DNA of 64,000 bases. Source: Candidatus Multivoradales bacterium (GTDB lineage Bacteria > Acidobacteriota > Thermoanaerobaculia > Multivoradales > Multivoraceae). Position numbers and translations under genes: made by a program. The notes under the pieces are model-generated. The model did not search any database and was not told the DNA's origin. It saw only the letters and a program-made list of their open reading frames with translations. The stretch lies in assembly GCA_965223325.1 (NCBI GenBank), contig CBDCWI010000002.1, positions 768,001-832,000 of the forward strand, read 5' to 3'. Shown piece after piece: positions 1-8,598 of this stretch (position 1 is the stretch's first letter; the number at the start of each line of letters is the position of its first letter).

Positions 1-610
1 AGAGTGCGAAGACCGCGAACAGAATCGAGATCACGCCACTGGCAATCAGTGCGTCGCCGAGACGCCCGGTGACGTTGGCGACCTCAGTGCCGCCGTAGAA
101 CGGCGGCATCCACTGGAAGTGGACATCTCTGAGGAGCCAGAACAGCGGAAACAACCAGCTGGCGGCGATCCACCCGATGGTTCCCCAGACCCGCACGTAG
201 GGGAAACCGCGGTCGGGATTCTCGAGGTGTGCAAAGGCCAGCGAGTTGGTCAGCGAAAGGGTTGGCATGTAGACCACGCTGTAGGCGATCGACAGCCACA
301 GCCAGGCCGAGAAGGTCGTCTGGTACGCGGTGGCGATCTTGATGATGCCGCCAATCACCAGGAGGCCGGCGAGAAAGCGCTCGGTCGAGAAGCGACGGTC
401 GGCGAACTGACCAGCGATGAATGGCGCGCTGATGGCTCCGATCGAAGCCGCAATCCCGAGAATCGCCGCCACTTGCGCATTGGTGAAACCCAGACCCCCC
501 TCGTGGGTGCCGGCCTCGAGGTAGCGCGCCAGAATCGGCATCCAGACACCCCAGACGGCGTACTGGAGAAACATCATCAACGAAAGTCGAGTCCAGGGGG
601 ATCGCTTCAT
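1..610 (-). CDS. MFS transporter, nucleoside:H+ symporter (NupG/XapB-like); 3' end runs off the window
   Basis: Not in the ORF track. Manual translation from ATG 610 (AAGGA upstream): MKRSPWTRLSLMMFLQYAVWGVWMPILARYL...GQFADRRFSTER...YMPTLSLTNSLAFAHL...FPYVRVWGTIGWI, typical NHS-family motifs. Confidence 0.88.
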   Translation of the reverse strand, partial: MKRSPWTRLSLMMFLQYAVWGVWMPILARYLEAGTHEGGLGFTNAQVAAILGIAASIGAISAPFIAGQFADRRFSTERFLAGLLVIGGIIKIATAYQTTFSAWLWLSIAYSVVYMPTLSLTNSLAFAHLENPDRGFPYVRVWGTIGWIAASWLFPLFWLLRDVHFQWMPPFYGGTEVANVTGRLGDALIASGVISILFAVFAL

Positions 611-693
611 CACACGTCCTTGGCGAGGGGTTCTGTCTTTCACACAGGGAATGCGGCGCTCATAGTAGCCCGTCGCGCGTGCTTTCCCAGAAC

Positions 694-709
694 CCGACCG
701 GCCGGTCGG
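694..709. promoter_or_regulatory. Perfect 16-bp palindrome, possible transcription-factor operator
   Basis: CCGACCGG|CCGGTCGG in the divergent intergenic region between the MFS gene and the secreted hydrolase. Confidence 0.3.
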
Positions 710-995
710 TTGGAATGCCAGACTCAGTCCTTGCTCAGTTCCCGAACCCGGGTAACATGTCTGACACTGTTTCAACAGAACATCTTTTGACGGATCGGCC
801 GACCGCCGGTTCGGGTCCCCGGACTTTCGTGGCTGAAATGGGGGAGGGACCGAAGGGGAGACGGCGAACAGAGCCGGCGAGGGGGTGCCTCTCCATCTGG
901 CAACCGTTTCCTGAGCGACCCTCGTGGTCGAGGTGTGGACTTCGTTAGACCCGCGCAACAGGGAACGTCCCGCAACAGGGACAGGAGAGAACCAC

Positions 996-3593
996 ATGGC
1001 AGAGACCCCCCCGGACACGACACCCACCCCGCGCTCGCTGAGGCTCCCCACCGGCAGCCTGTTGCTGGCGCTCCTCATCGCCTTCGCTCCTGGCCTCCTT
1101 GCCCAACAAAACGACGCCCCGGTGCGCACCCAGCTACAGCGCGCCATCGGCGACGCGTTCACCCAGAGCGCCCACGCCCGCTCGCTCAACCGTGGCCCCG
1201 GCAAGACCGAAGGGGTCTCGATCCTGCTCGAAGCCGGTGCCGTCTTGCACGACGACGTCGTGCGCGCCCAGAATGGCGCGGTCAGAAACGCCGCCCTCGA
1301 CATGTTCGACTTCGTCGGCGCCTACGGCGACATCGCCCATTCCGACCTCAACCGCGCCCTGCCCTCGGGCAGCGAAATCTTCGCGCGTGCCCAGGCGCTG
1401 CGCCAGCAACACCGTGCGGTTCCGATCGCGATCGCCGCCCTCGACTACGCCACCTGGGGCGAGCGTGCAGCCGAAATCGGCCGTGACGACGATGGTCGGG
1501 TGGTGCTGCCGGCGACCGCCCCGGGTGTCGAACGCTTCGTAGCGGTCGGCGCGATGGCCGACATGCTGCCGTCCTGGAACCCACGCATCGTCTTTCCTTC
1601 CGCACTCGTCATGCGTCAGGGCAACGACCGAATCACCCACCTCGCGGTGCGTGTCAACGGCTCGTCGTGGCAGCGCACCGCCCTCGACCGGGTCCTGACC
1701 CTCGACCCCGCGACCTTCCGCCGCACACCCCGCGACGGGCGCCAGCTGGTGCTCGATGTTTCGATGCGAGTGAACGGTGAGCGCGTGCGCGCTCGCACCC
1801 GCCTCCGCTGGCGCCAGGGTCCGGCCAGCCAGATGATCGCCCAGGGCGACTCACCCGGTGGCCTGCATGGCCTCGGTTCCCCCAGCCGCGATGACCGCGA
1901 CGACCCCCGCGTTTCCGTCCTCGCGCCGCCCGATGAGGGTTGCCCGGTCACCTGCTACGACATGCCGCAGGTGACCGCAGATTTCGCCTGGCCGCCGAGC
2001 AATGGCCAGCGCGGCAAGATCAACCCACGCATCTACACCTCCTCTGGACGCGTCGAACTCGAAAACGGCCGTCGGGTGCCGAAGCTCAGAAACGTTGTGA
2101 TTGCGGTCGATGGTTTCGACGCCTTCAACACGCGCACCCAGGAAGACGTCTGGTCGGACTTCCAGCGCGGCTTCACCGAGATTCTCGAGTGGGGCTTCGA
2201 CCTCGTCGTCGTCGACTACCACAACGGTCGCGACTACATGCAGAAGAACGGCTACGCGCTTCGCAAGCTCGTCACCGACGTCGTCCCTGGATGGATAGAC
2301 CCGGCGTTCGAGGGTCAGCCGCTGATCGTCATTGGTGGCAGCATGGGCACCCAGACCACGCGCTGGGCGTTGCGCACCGCCGAGCTCGGCTATCCCTGGG
2401 GTGATCCAGTCGATCACAACGTTGGGCTGTGGGTCGCCTTCGATGGTCCCTTCCACGGGGCGAACATCGCGATCGGCAACCAGGCCATCGCCGACTTCCT
2501 CAAAGACGAGTCTGACCTCGGGGTGCTCTTCGAACAGGCGCTCAACAGCCCTGCAGCCCGCCAGCAGATGCCACGCACGCGACTGGTGGGGGCGAAACTG
2601 CCGAAGAAGAAGGACTATCGCCGGGGCAACCCCCTCTTGTCCTGGTACGTTCCCGATCCGCTGCATACCGAGTACTACGACCTGGTGAACCAGCCCTGGT
2701 TCAGGATGCCACAACAGCCGCGCACCGCCAGCATCACCAGTGGCTCCGGTACCGGAACTCTGCAGCTCGAGCCGCCGCATCCGGGCTGGCTCCCCACCTC
2801 GATGCTCAACCGCGTGTTCAAGGACAACATCATCGGGCGCGTCAACATCTGGGCACAAACCGACCACGACAACGGCCACATCTTCCACGGTCATATCCGC
2901 AAGTTCCTCTCCTGGCGCACGCGTGATCTCTACCTCGGGCCGGCCGACTGGCTCGACGTCTCGCCCGGTGATCTGCGATCCACACCTCAGCAGATCGCCG
3001 ATGCCTGGAACAACACCGACGGCACCCTCGGCACCATGGAGGTCCCGCTGCCCGTTCACAGCTTCGTGGGCACGAACAGCGCGCTCTATACCGCTGACCC
3101 GTCGCCCTACTACATCGCCGCTGACGACTCGGGCGTCGATCTGGCGATTCCCTTCGACAACTTCACCTGGGGCAAGTGCAACAACGGGCACGCCAATATC
3201 TCGGGCGAGGCCTTGCGCTTCGTGAAGGAAGAGATCTTCGCCTTCGTCGAGGGTCGTGAGTCGATGCATCCACCGCGCTACTCGGAACCCTGCAATCGGC
3301 CCGAGCCGGTCGACCGTTGCCTCCCCTACGTCGACTGGTTCGCGGACCCGAACGCCCCCGAAGACCTCATCCCCTGGTACGACGGTGCCAACTGCTACGT
3401 CACTCCGGTGCCCTCGGGCGAGCGCGGCTTCGTTGCCGAGAACTCCTACTGGGTCGAGCCGCGTGCCGGCCGCTGCCAGGTAGGGATTCCGCGCTCACAG
3501 GGCGGCAACCCGGCCTGCTTTCTGGGCGAGGCTCCCAGGAACATGCGCGCCTTCCTGTGGCACGGCTCGTTCTACTACGACGGCTGGGACTGA
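996..3593 (+). CDS. Large secreted alpha/beta-hydrolase (lipase/esterase-like) with Cys-rich C-terminal domain
   Basis: RBS AGGAG before ATG 996; signal peptide (LLLALLIAFAPGLLA|QQ); VDGFD, GRDYMQKN, nucleophile elbow GGSMG, FDGPFHGANI, LNSPAARQ; C-terminal WYDGANCY...CFLG...FYY. Confidence 0.72.
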   Translation: MAETPPDTTPTPRSLRLPTGSLLLALLIAFAPGLLAQQNDAPVRTQLQRAIGDAFTQSAHARSLNRGPGKTEGVSILLEAGAVLHDDVVRAQNGAVRNAALDMFDFVGAYGDIAHSDLNRALPSGSEIFARAQALRQQHRAVPIAIAALDYATWGERAAEIGRDDDGRVVLPATAPGVERFVAVGAMADMLPSWNPRIVFPSALVMRQGNDRITHLAVRVNGSSWQRTALDRVLTLDPATFRRTPRDGRQLVLDVSMRVNGERVRARTRLRWRQGPASQMIAQGDSPGGLHGLGSPSRDDRDDPRVSVLAPPDEGCPVTCYDMPQVTADFAWPPSNGQRGKINPRIYTSSGRVELENGRRVPKLRNVVIAVDGFDAFNTRTQEDVWSDFQRGFTEILEWGFDLVVVDYHNGRDYMQKNGYALRKLVTDVVPGWIDPAFEGQPLIVIGGSMGTQTTRWALRTAELGYPWGDPVDHNVGLWVAFDGPFHGANIAIGNQAIADFLKDESDLGVLFEQALNSPAARQQMPRTRLVGAKLPKKKDYRRGNPLLSWYVPDPLHTEYYDLVNQPWFRMPQQPRTASITSGSGTGTLQLEPPHPGWLPTSMLNRVFKDNIIGRVNIWAQTDHDNGHIFHGHIRKFLSWRTRDLYLGPADWLDVSPGDLRSTPQQIADAWNNTDGTLGTMEVPLPVHSFVGTNSALYTADPSPYYIAADDSGVDLAIPFDNFTWGKCNNGHANISGEALRFVKEEIFAFVEGRESMHPPRYSEPCNRPEPVDRCLPYVDWFADPNAPEDLIPWYDGANCYVTPVPSGERGFVAENSYWVEPRAGRCQVGIPRSQGGNPACFLGEAPRNMRAFLWHGSFYYDGWD

Positions 3594-3635
3594 CGTCTGC
3601 CGGTAGGGCTGTTTTCTACCACCGTTGATTCCCTG

Positions 3636-3676
3636 AACGGGCGAGCGACAGCTCGCCCGTTTTGTTTTCTTTGTTT
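3636..3676 (+). terminator. Rho-independent terminator
   Basis: 11-bp perfect stem AACGGGCGAGC-gaca-GCTCGCCCGTT followed by a T-rich tract (ttgttttctttgttt), about 40 nt after the stop at 3593. Confidence 0.85.
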
Positions 3677-3747
3677 CTGTGCTGCCAGGTTTCTATGATG
3701 CCGGGTAACAGACCTTGTCAACTTCCCGCTGGAGACACCGAAGCCCC

Positions 3748-5154
3748 ATGGCCACTGAAACCACGATTCAGTTCGAGACCATCATCGAACCCTTCCGCAT
3801 CAAGGCGGTCGAGCCCATTCGTCAAACCACCGCCGCCGAACGCGCCAAAGCCCTCGCCGCCGCCGGCTACAACCAGTTCAAGTTGAAGGCCGAGGACGTG
3901 TTGATCGACCTGCTGACCGACTCGGGCACCGGCGCCATGTCGTCTTTTCAGTGGGCCGGCATGATGCGTGGCGACGAGTCCTATGCCGGGGCGCGCTCGT
4001 TCTACCGCTTCCTCGAAGCGGTCCAGAAGGTGACCGGCTACGAACACGTCATCCCTACCCATCAAGGGCGCGCCGCCGAGCGCATTCTCTTCGGGGCGCT
4101 CGCCAGTGAAGGCGACCTGGTCCCCAACAACACCCATTTCGACACCACGCGCGCCAATGTCGAGGCGCGCGGCGCCGAAGCGCGCGACATACCGATCGCC
4201 GAGGGCCTGGTGCCAGAGCTCATCCATGACTGGAAGGGCAATATCGACCTCGAGGTTCTCGACCAGCTGCTCTCCGAAGAGGGCGAGAAGGTTCCGGTGG
4301 TCATGCTCACGGTGACGAACAACTCGGGAGGTGGCCAGCCCGTCAGTCTCGAGAACCTTCGGGGAGCGAGCGCAATCTGCAGGAAGCATGAAAAGCCGCT
4401 TTTCCTCGATGCCTGCCGTTTCGCGGAGAACGCGTGGTTCATCAAACAGCGCGAAGCTGGACACCAGGACCGGACGCCCCTCTCGATCGCTCAGGAGATC
4501 TTCTCACTCGCTGACGGGTGCACCATGAGCGCCAAGAAGGACGGCCTGGTCAACATCGGAGGCTTCCTGGCTCTCAATGACCCCGAACTCGCCCAACGCT
4601 GCCGCGACAACCTGATCCTCACCGAGGGCTTCCCCACCTACGGCGGCCTGGCCGGCTACGACCTCGAGGCACTGGCCGTTGGCCTCAACGAAGTACTCGA
4701 TCCAGACTACTTACGCTACCGGATTCAGTCGGTGGCCTACCTCGGCAAGATCCTGACCGAGGCAGGCGTTCCGATCGTGCAGCCTCCCGGGGGCCACGCG
4801 ATCTACATTGACGCACGCGCCATGCTCCCCCACATCGAACCGCTCGCCTACCCGGCCTGGGCCCTGTCGTGTGCTCTCTACCTTCTGGGCGGCATCCGCT
4901 CGGTCGAGATCGGGTCGGTGATGTTCGGCCGCGCGCCAAACGGCACCGAACACCCTGCACCAATGGAGCTCGTGCGGTTGGCCTTCCCGCGCCGCGTTTA
5001 TACCCAGAGCCACGTCGACTACACCGCAGAGGTGGTACTCGCCGCCCACCAGCGCCGGGAGCGGATCTCTGGTATGCGCATCACCGCCAGCCCGCCGGCC
5101 CTGCGCCATTTCTCGGCCGACCTGGAACCGCTGGAGGGCTCGTTGTTGGGCTGA
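3748..5154 (+). CDS. tnaA: Tryptophanase (tryptophan indole-lyase, PLP-dependent)
   Basis: EPFRIK, DLLTDSGT, PTHQGRAAE, PLP-Lys motif SAKKD, PRRVYT. FDTT, EIGS and LRHF match tryptophanase rather than tyrosine phenol-lyase (FTTT, ERG, LRFF). Confidence 0.92.
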   Translation: MATETTIQFETIIEPFRIKAVEPIRQTTAAERAKALAAAGYNQFKLKAEDVLIDLLTDSGTGAMSSFQWAGMMRGDESYAGARSFYRFLEAVQKVTGYEHVIPTHQGRAAERILFGALASEGDLVPNNTHFDTTRANVEARGAEARDIPIAEGLVPELIHDWKGNIDLEVLDQLLSEEGEKVPVVMLTVTNNSGGGQPVSLENLRGASAICRKHEKPLFLDACRFAENAWFIKQREAGHQDRTPLSIAQEIFSLADGCTMSAKKDGLVNIGGFLALNDPELAQRCRDNLILTEGFPTYGGLAGYDLEALAVGLNEVLDPDYLRYRIQSVAYLGKILTEAGVPIVQPPGGHAIYIDARAMLPHIEPLAYPAWALSCALYLLGGIRSVEIGSVMFGRAPNGTEHPAPMELVRLAFPRRVYTQSHVDYTAEVVLAAHQRRERISGMRITASPPALRHFSADLEPLEGSLLG

Positions 5155-5802
5155 GACTGGGCGCAAACGCCGACCAGGAAGCCTCCCCTCTCGATCTGCT
5201 AGTCTCCCGGTGGCAGGAGCATCTATCTCCACCGAACACTGGAAGTCCTTGCTTTCTAGCAACTTGCAGCTCGAGAGGAGTCCGCCACCTGGCGGTGGCT
5301 TCTGCAGAATCGACATGCAACGCGGCCGCCCACCCAGCGACCGACTCGACTTTTCACATCCTCCCCGGAGACCGACGGGGGTTCAAAACCAGACAGCATT
5401 CGACGATGAGCCGGGTCCAGAGCGCGTCGCGCTCCCCGACTCTCCAGACTGCAGTCGCGCAATCGGACCCATCGGTCAACCAACGCCCGGTCATTCAGAA
5501 AGAGACCGCAGGCGACCGGAACGAGGAAATCCGACGCTCGCGTAAGGACGCTCTTTGCGAGACCTCTTTGCAAACGGAACGCGGTCACAAGCAGCACGCC
5601 GGTCGAAGGCCGCAAGCGACGCCGCCTGCCCCGCACCTCCCCCCTGTTCGGGGATCATCCCGTTCAGAGACTGGAGGGCCGGCTCGCCGCATGGCTGCCA
5701 ACCCTGATTCAGTTTGAAGTCCCGGTGCCAGTCGCACCGAGATGAAACTCGCAGTTCAATCTGTCCCTACCGCGCCTCGGTCACCAAGAGGACAACCATC
5801 CA

Positions 5803-8121
5803 GTGACCACCAAGCGCATGCTCATCAACGCGCGCAACCCAGCAGAACTGCGGGTCGCGTTGGTCAGCGACAAAACACTCGACGACCTCAAGGTCGACGT
5901 TGCCGAACGCGGACTGACCCGCGGCAACATCTACTACGGCGTTATCTCCAACGTTCAACCGAGCCTCAACGCCGCCTTCATAGACTATGGGGCGGAACGC
6001 AACGGCTTCTTGACGATTCAAGATGTTGTCCCCGAGGCCTACCACAAGAAGTACACCAAGAAGAGCCGGCCGAAGATCGAGGAGGTCCTAGAAGACAGGA
6101 AATCCCTCCTGGTTCAGGTGTCGCGCGAACCCGAGGGCCAGAAGGGTTCGGCTCTGACGACCAACCTGTCGCTGGCCGGCCGCTACCTGGTGCTCACCCC
6201 CTACGACTCGACGCGCGGCGTTTCGCGCAAGGTCGACAGCGACGAAACCCGGCGCGCACTCAAGAAGCTCGCCACCTCACTCGACGTACCCGATGGCGCC
6301 GGCGTCATCGTACGCACCAACGCACTCGATCAGAACAAGACCACCCTCAACCGCGACCTCAATGCGCTCCTGCGCCTGTGGAAGCGCATCTCGACCGAGG
6401 CCGAACGCAACGGTCAGGTGCGGCTCCTCTACTCGGATCAAGACATCGTCTTGCAAGCCCTGCGCGACTATCTCGACACCTCGGTCCAGGAAGTCCTGGT
6501 CGACGAAGTCAACGCCTTCAACAAGGCGCAGGAGTACATTCGCGCCTTCATGCCACGGTCGCGTGTCCAGCTGACGTTCTACGAGGACCGGGCGCCTCTC
6601 TTCGCGCGCTACGACCTCGAGTCGCAGATCGATCGCATCTTTCAACGCACCGCACCTCTGCCGTCGGGCGGCTCGATCGTCATCGACCGCACCGAAGCGT
6701 TGACCGCCATTGACGTCAACTCGGGGCGTTCGACGAGGGCATCGAGCCAGGAAGAGACCGCGGTCAACACGAACCTCGAAGCCGCCGCCGAGGTCGCACG
6801 ACAGCTGCGACTGCGCGACATCGGCGGCCTGGTGGTCGTCGACTTCATCGACATGCGGGCGCGCAAGAACCAGCGACGGGTCGAACGCGCGCTGATTGAC
6901 GCCCTCAAGCCCGACAAGGCACGCGCCACGGTCGGCAGAACCAGCTCCAACGGTCTCGTCGAAGTCAATCGCCAGCGCATCCACCAGGCAATCCAGGTAC
7001 GCACTCAGCGTGTGTGCCCCAACTGCGCCGGCACCGGGCGCGTGCCGAGCCCCGACATCGTCTCACTCCACATCCTGCGCGAGCTGCAAGCACGCTGCCA
7101 GGACGGTTCGATCGAGCGGGTGCGCATTCGTTTGCACCCCGAACTGGCAGACGCCTTCCAGAACATGCGACGCACCGAACTCGCCACCATCGAGAAGGAG
7201 CTCGACGTACGCATCGAGATCCTCTCTTCGATGAAGCTCGGTCCAACCGAACGCGACATCGACTGGTACGCGCGAGCAGCCCTGCGGCGCGGACCCGTCG
7301 TTCGAACCGCGGCGGAGGCAGCCGTTGCCAACATCTCCGAGGCAGCGGATGACGCACGCAGCTCGCGCTCGCGGCCTGCCAAGAAGTCCAAGACCACCAA
7401 GAAACGCAAGACGCGAAAACGACGCACCGACGCGAAGTCGAAGAACGAGGGTACCGAGGCAACCAAGGCCAAGGGCAGTGACGGCGAAGACAACGAGGAC
7501 GAGGAAGCGCCACGGAGGCGGACTCGTCGCCGACGTTTGCGCGGTGGGCGAAGCAGGTCACGGCGTAGCAAGAGCGACGAAACCCCAACCGATGATGATG
7601 CGATCGAGGCAGCAGCGGATGACGTCGCCGAGGGCGGGGACGGCGAGACGGATAGGGACGGTGACGAAAAGCCGGCCCGGCGCCGGCGCCGTTCCCGCGG
7701 TGGACGAGGGCGCGGTCGCAGGGCGTCCGAGAGCGGAGACCCGGGTGACAGCGACGACGGCGCGGCCACCAGCGATGCGTCACCTTCAGCAAACGGGGAT
7801 GAAAAGGAACGCCCCGCGCGGCGTCGGCGCACGCGCGGCGGTCGCGGTCGTGGACGACGCGTTGCGGCGAGCGACGCGGAAGAATCGAGCGCAACGAGCG
7901 GTGACGACAAGCGAGCGGAAGCCGACTCCGACGGTCCTGAGAAACCCGCTCGCTCCAGGAGAAAGACGCGGCGGACCAGAGCTGGCGCTTCCGACACCTC
8001 CGAGAAGAGCGGAGCTGAGACGGGCGCGATCGAGGCGCCTCCCAGGGCCGCCGCCAGCACCGACAGCGGTGCCGGGCGTAGCTGGGCACGCGCCGAGCCA
8101 CCACCCGAAGACCAGAGCTGA
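5803..8121 (+). CDS. rne: Ribonuclease E/G family with long Arg-rich/acidic disordered C-terminus
   Basis: GNIYYG (S1), AAFIDYG, SLAGRYLV, IDVNSG, RLRDIGGLVVVDFIDM, Zn-link CPNCAGTG; GTG start with AGAGGA upstream. Confidence 0.95.
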   Translation: MTTKRMLINARNPAELRVALVSDKTLDDLKVDVAERGLTRGNIYYGVISNVQPSLNAAFIDYGAERNGFLTIQDVVPEAYHKKYTKKSRPKIEEVLEDRKSLLVQVSREPEGQKGSALTTNLSLAGRYLVLTPYDSTRGVSRKVDSDETRRALKKLATSLDVPDGAGVIVRTNALDQNKTTLNRDLNALLRLWKRISTEAERNGQVRLLYSDQDIVLQALRDYLDTSVQEVLVDEVNAFNKAQEYIRAFMPRSRVQLTFYEDRAPLFARYDLESQIDRIFQRTAPLPSGGSIVIDRTEALTAIDVNSGRSTRASSQEETAVNTNLEAAAEVARQLRLRDIGGLVVVDFIDMRARKNQRRVERALIDALKPDKARATVGRTSSNGLVEVNRQRIHQAIQVRTQRVCPNCAGTGRVPSPDIVSLHILRELQARCQDGSIERVRIRLHPELADAFQNMRRTELATIEKELDVRIEILSSMKLGPTERDIDWYARAALRRGPVVRTAAEAAVANISEAADDARSSRSRPAKKSKTTKKRKTRKRRTDAKSKNEGTEATKAKGSDGEDNEDEEAPRRRTRRRRLRGGRSRSRRSKSDETPTDDDAIEAAADDVAEGGDGETDRDGDEKPARRRRRSRGGRGRGRRASESGDPGDSDDGAATSDASPSANGDEKERPARRRRTRGGRGRGRRVAASDAEESSATSGDDKRAEADSDGPEKPARSRRKTRRTRAGASDTSEKSGAETGAIEAPPRAAASTDSGAGRSWARAEPPPEDQS

Positions 8122-8145
8122 AGGGGTCCGCAAGGTTCAAATAGA

Positions 8146-8179
8146 ACGGCCCCGCCGCCTGTCTAGGCTGCGGGGCCGT
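8146..8179. terminator. GC-rich hairpin downstream of rne (terminator or 3' stabiliser; orientation unclear)
   Basis: ACGGCCCCGC-c-GCCT-gtct-AGGC-t-GCGGGGCCGT. No U-tract on +; a weak one (tctattt) on -. Confidence 0.45.
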
Positions 8180-8271
8180 GTGCCTGACGATTGGACGTCA
8201 GGGCTTGGCTGCCCGGGAGCTTGGCGGCAGGGCCTTTCGGTCAGAGCGACGGAAAGAGCGCTGCGGAGCCA

Positions 8272-8420
8272 GGTCGCGAGCTGTGGTTGACTCGAACTGG
8301 TGGCGATGGGTAACCCTTTGAAGCTACGCCACGGCCACCGAATCGGAGCCCGTAGCTACCCTACGGGATCGCCACCTCGTTCAAGTCGCTATAAGAATGT
8401 TGCACTCGACCACCTCCTTC
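8272..8420 (-). ncRNA. Candidate structured RNA (long irregular hairpin) containing a 14-codon ORF; family unrecognised
   Basis: Nested helices 8289-8297/8379-8387, 8299-8307/8368-8376 and 8322-8328/8351-8357; perfect SD AAGGAGGT (8419-8412) before GTG 8405. Confidence 0.4.
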
Positions 8421-8598
8421 ATGGGGCGCGTCTCAGGTGTAGCGGGTCCCACCCCGCCCGATTCCAGGCGCCGCCCGAAGCGGTCCAGAACCGCCGCCAC
8501 CGCTGCCCCAGGGAACCTGGTCGGTGACGGATGACGATGACGACATTGTCTTCATTCGATAGCCTTCTGTCAATAACGGGGAAGAGAGAGAATCAAGA

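Noticed and set aside
1851-3269. Long antisense or alternative-frame ORFs (this one, 6965-8140, 8878-10059, 26393-27496, 62313-63569 and others)
   Set aside because: Shadow ORFs expected from high-GC codon bias; no motifs, and they overlap well-supported genes.
3662-3886. tnaC-like leader peptide upstream of tnaA
   Set aside because: The ORF is too long, runs into tnaA out of frame and lacks the TnaC W-x3-D...P-stop pattern.
3748-5154. Tyrosine phenol-lyase
   Set aside because: The specificity residues (FDTT, EIG, LRHF) are tryptophanase-type.
8210-8219. TGCCCGGGAG as a third member of the 11-bp repeat family
   Set aside because: A single 10-mer without the leader; expected by chance at this GC content.
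8281-8400. tRNA-Sec or other tRNA on the minus strand (CTTCAAA and GTTCGAGTC present)
   Set aside because: The flanks do not form anticodon, T or acceptor stems; the region folds as a long hairpin instead.
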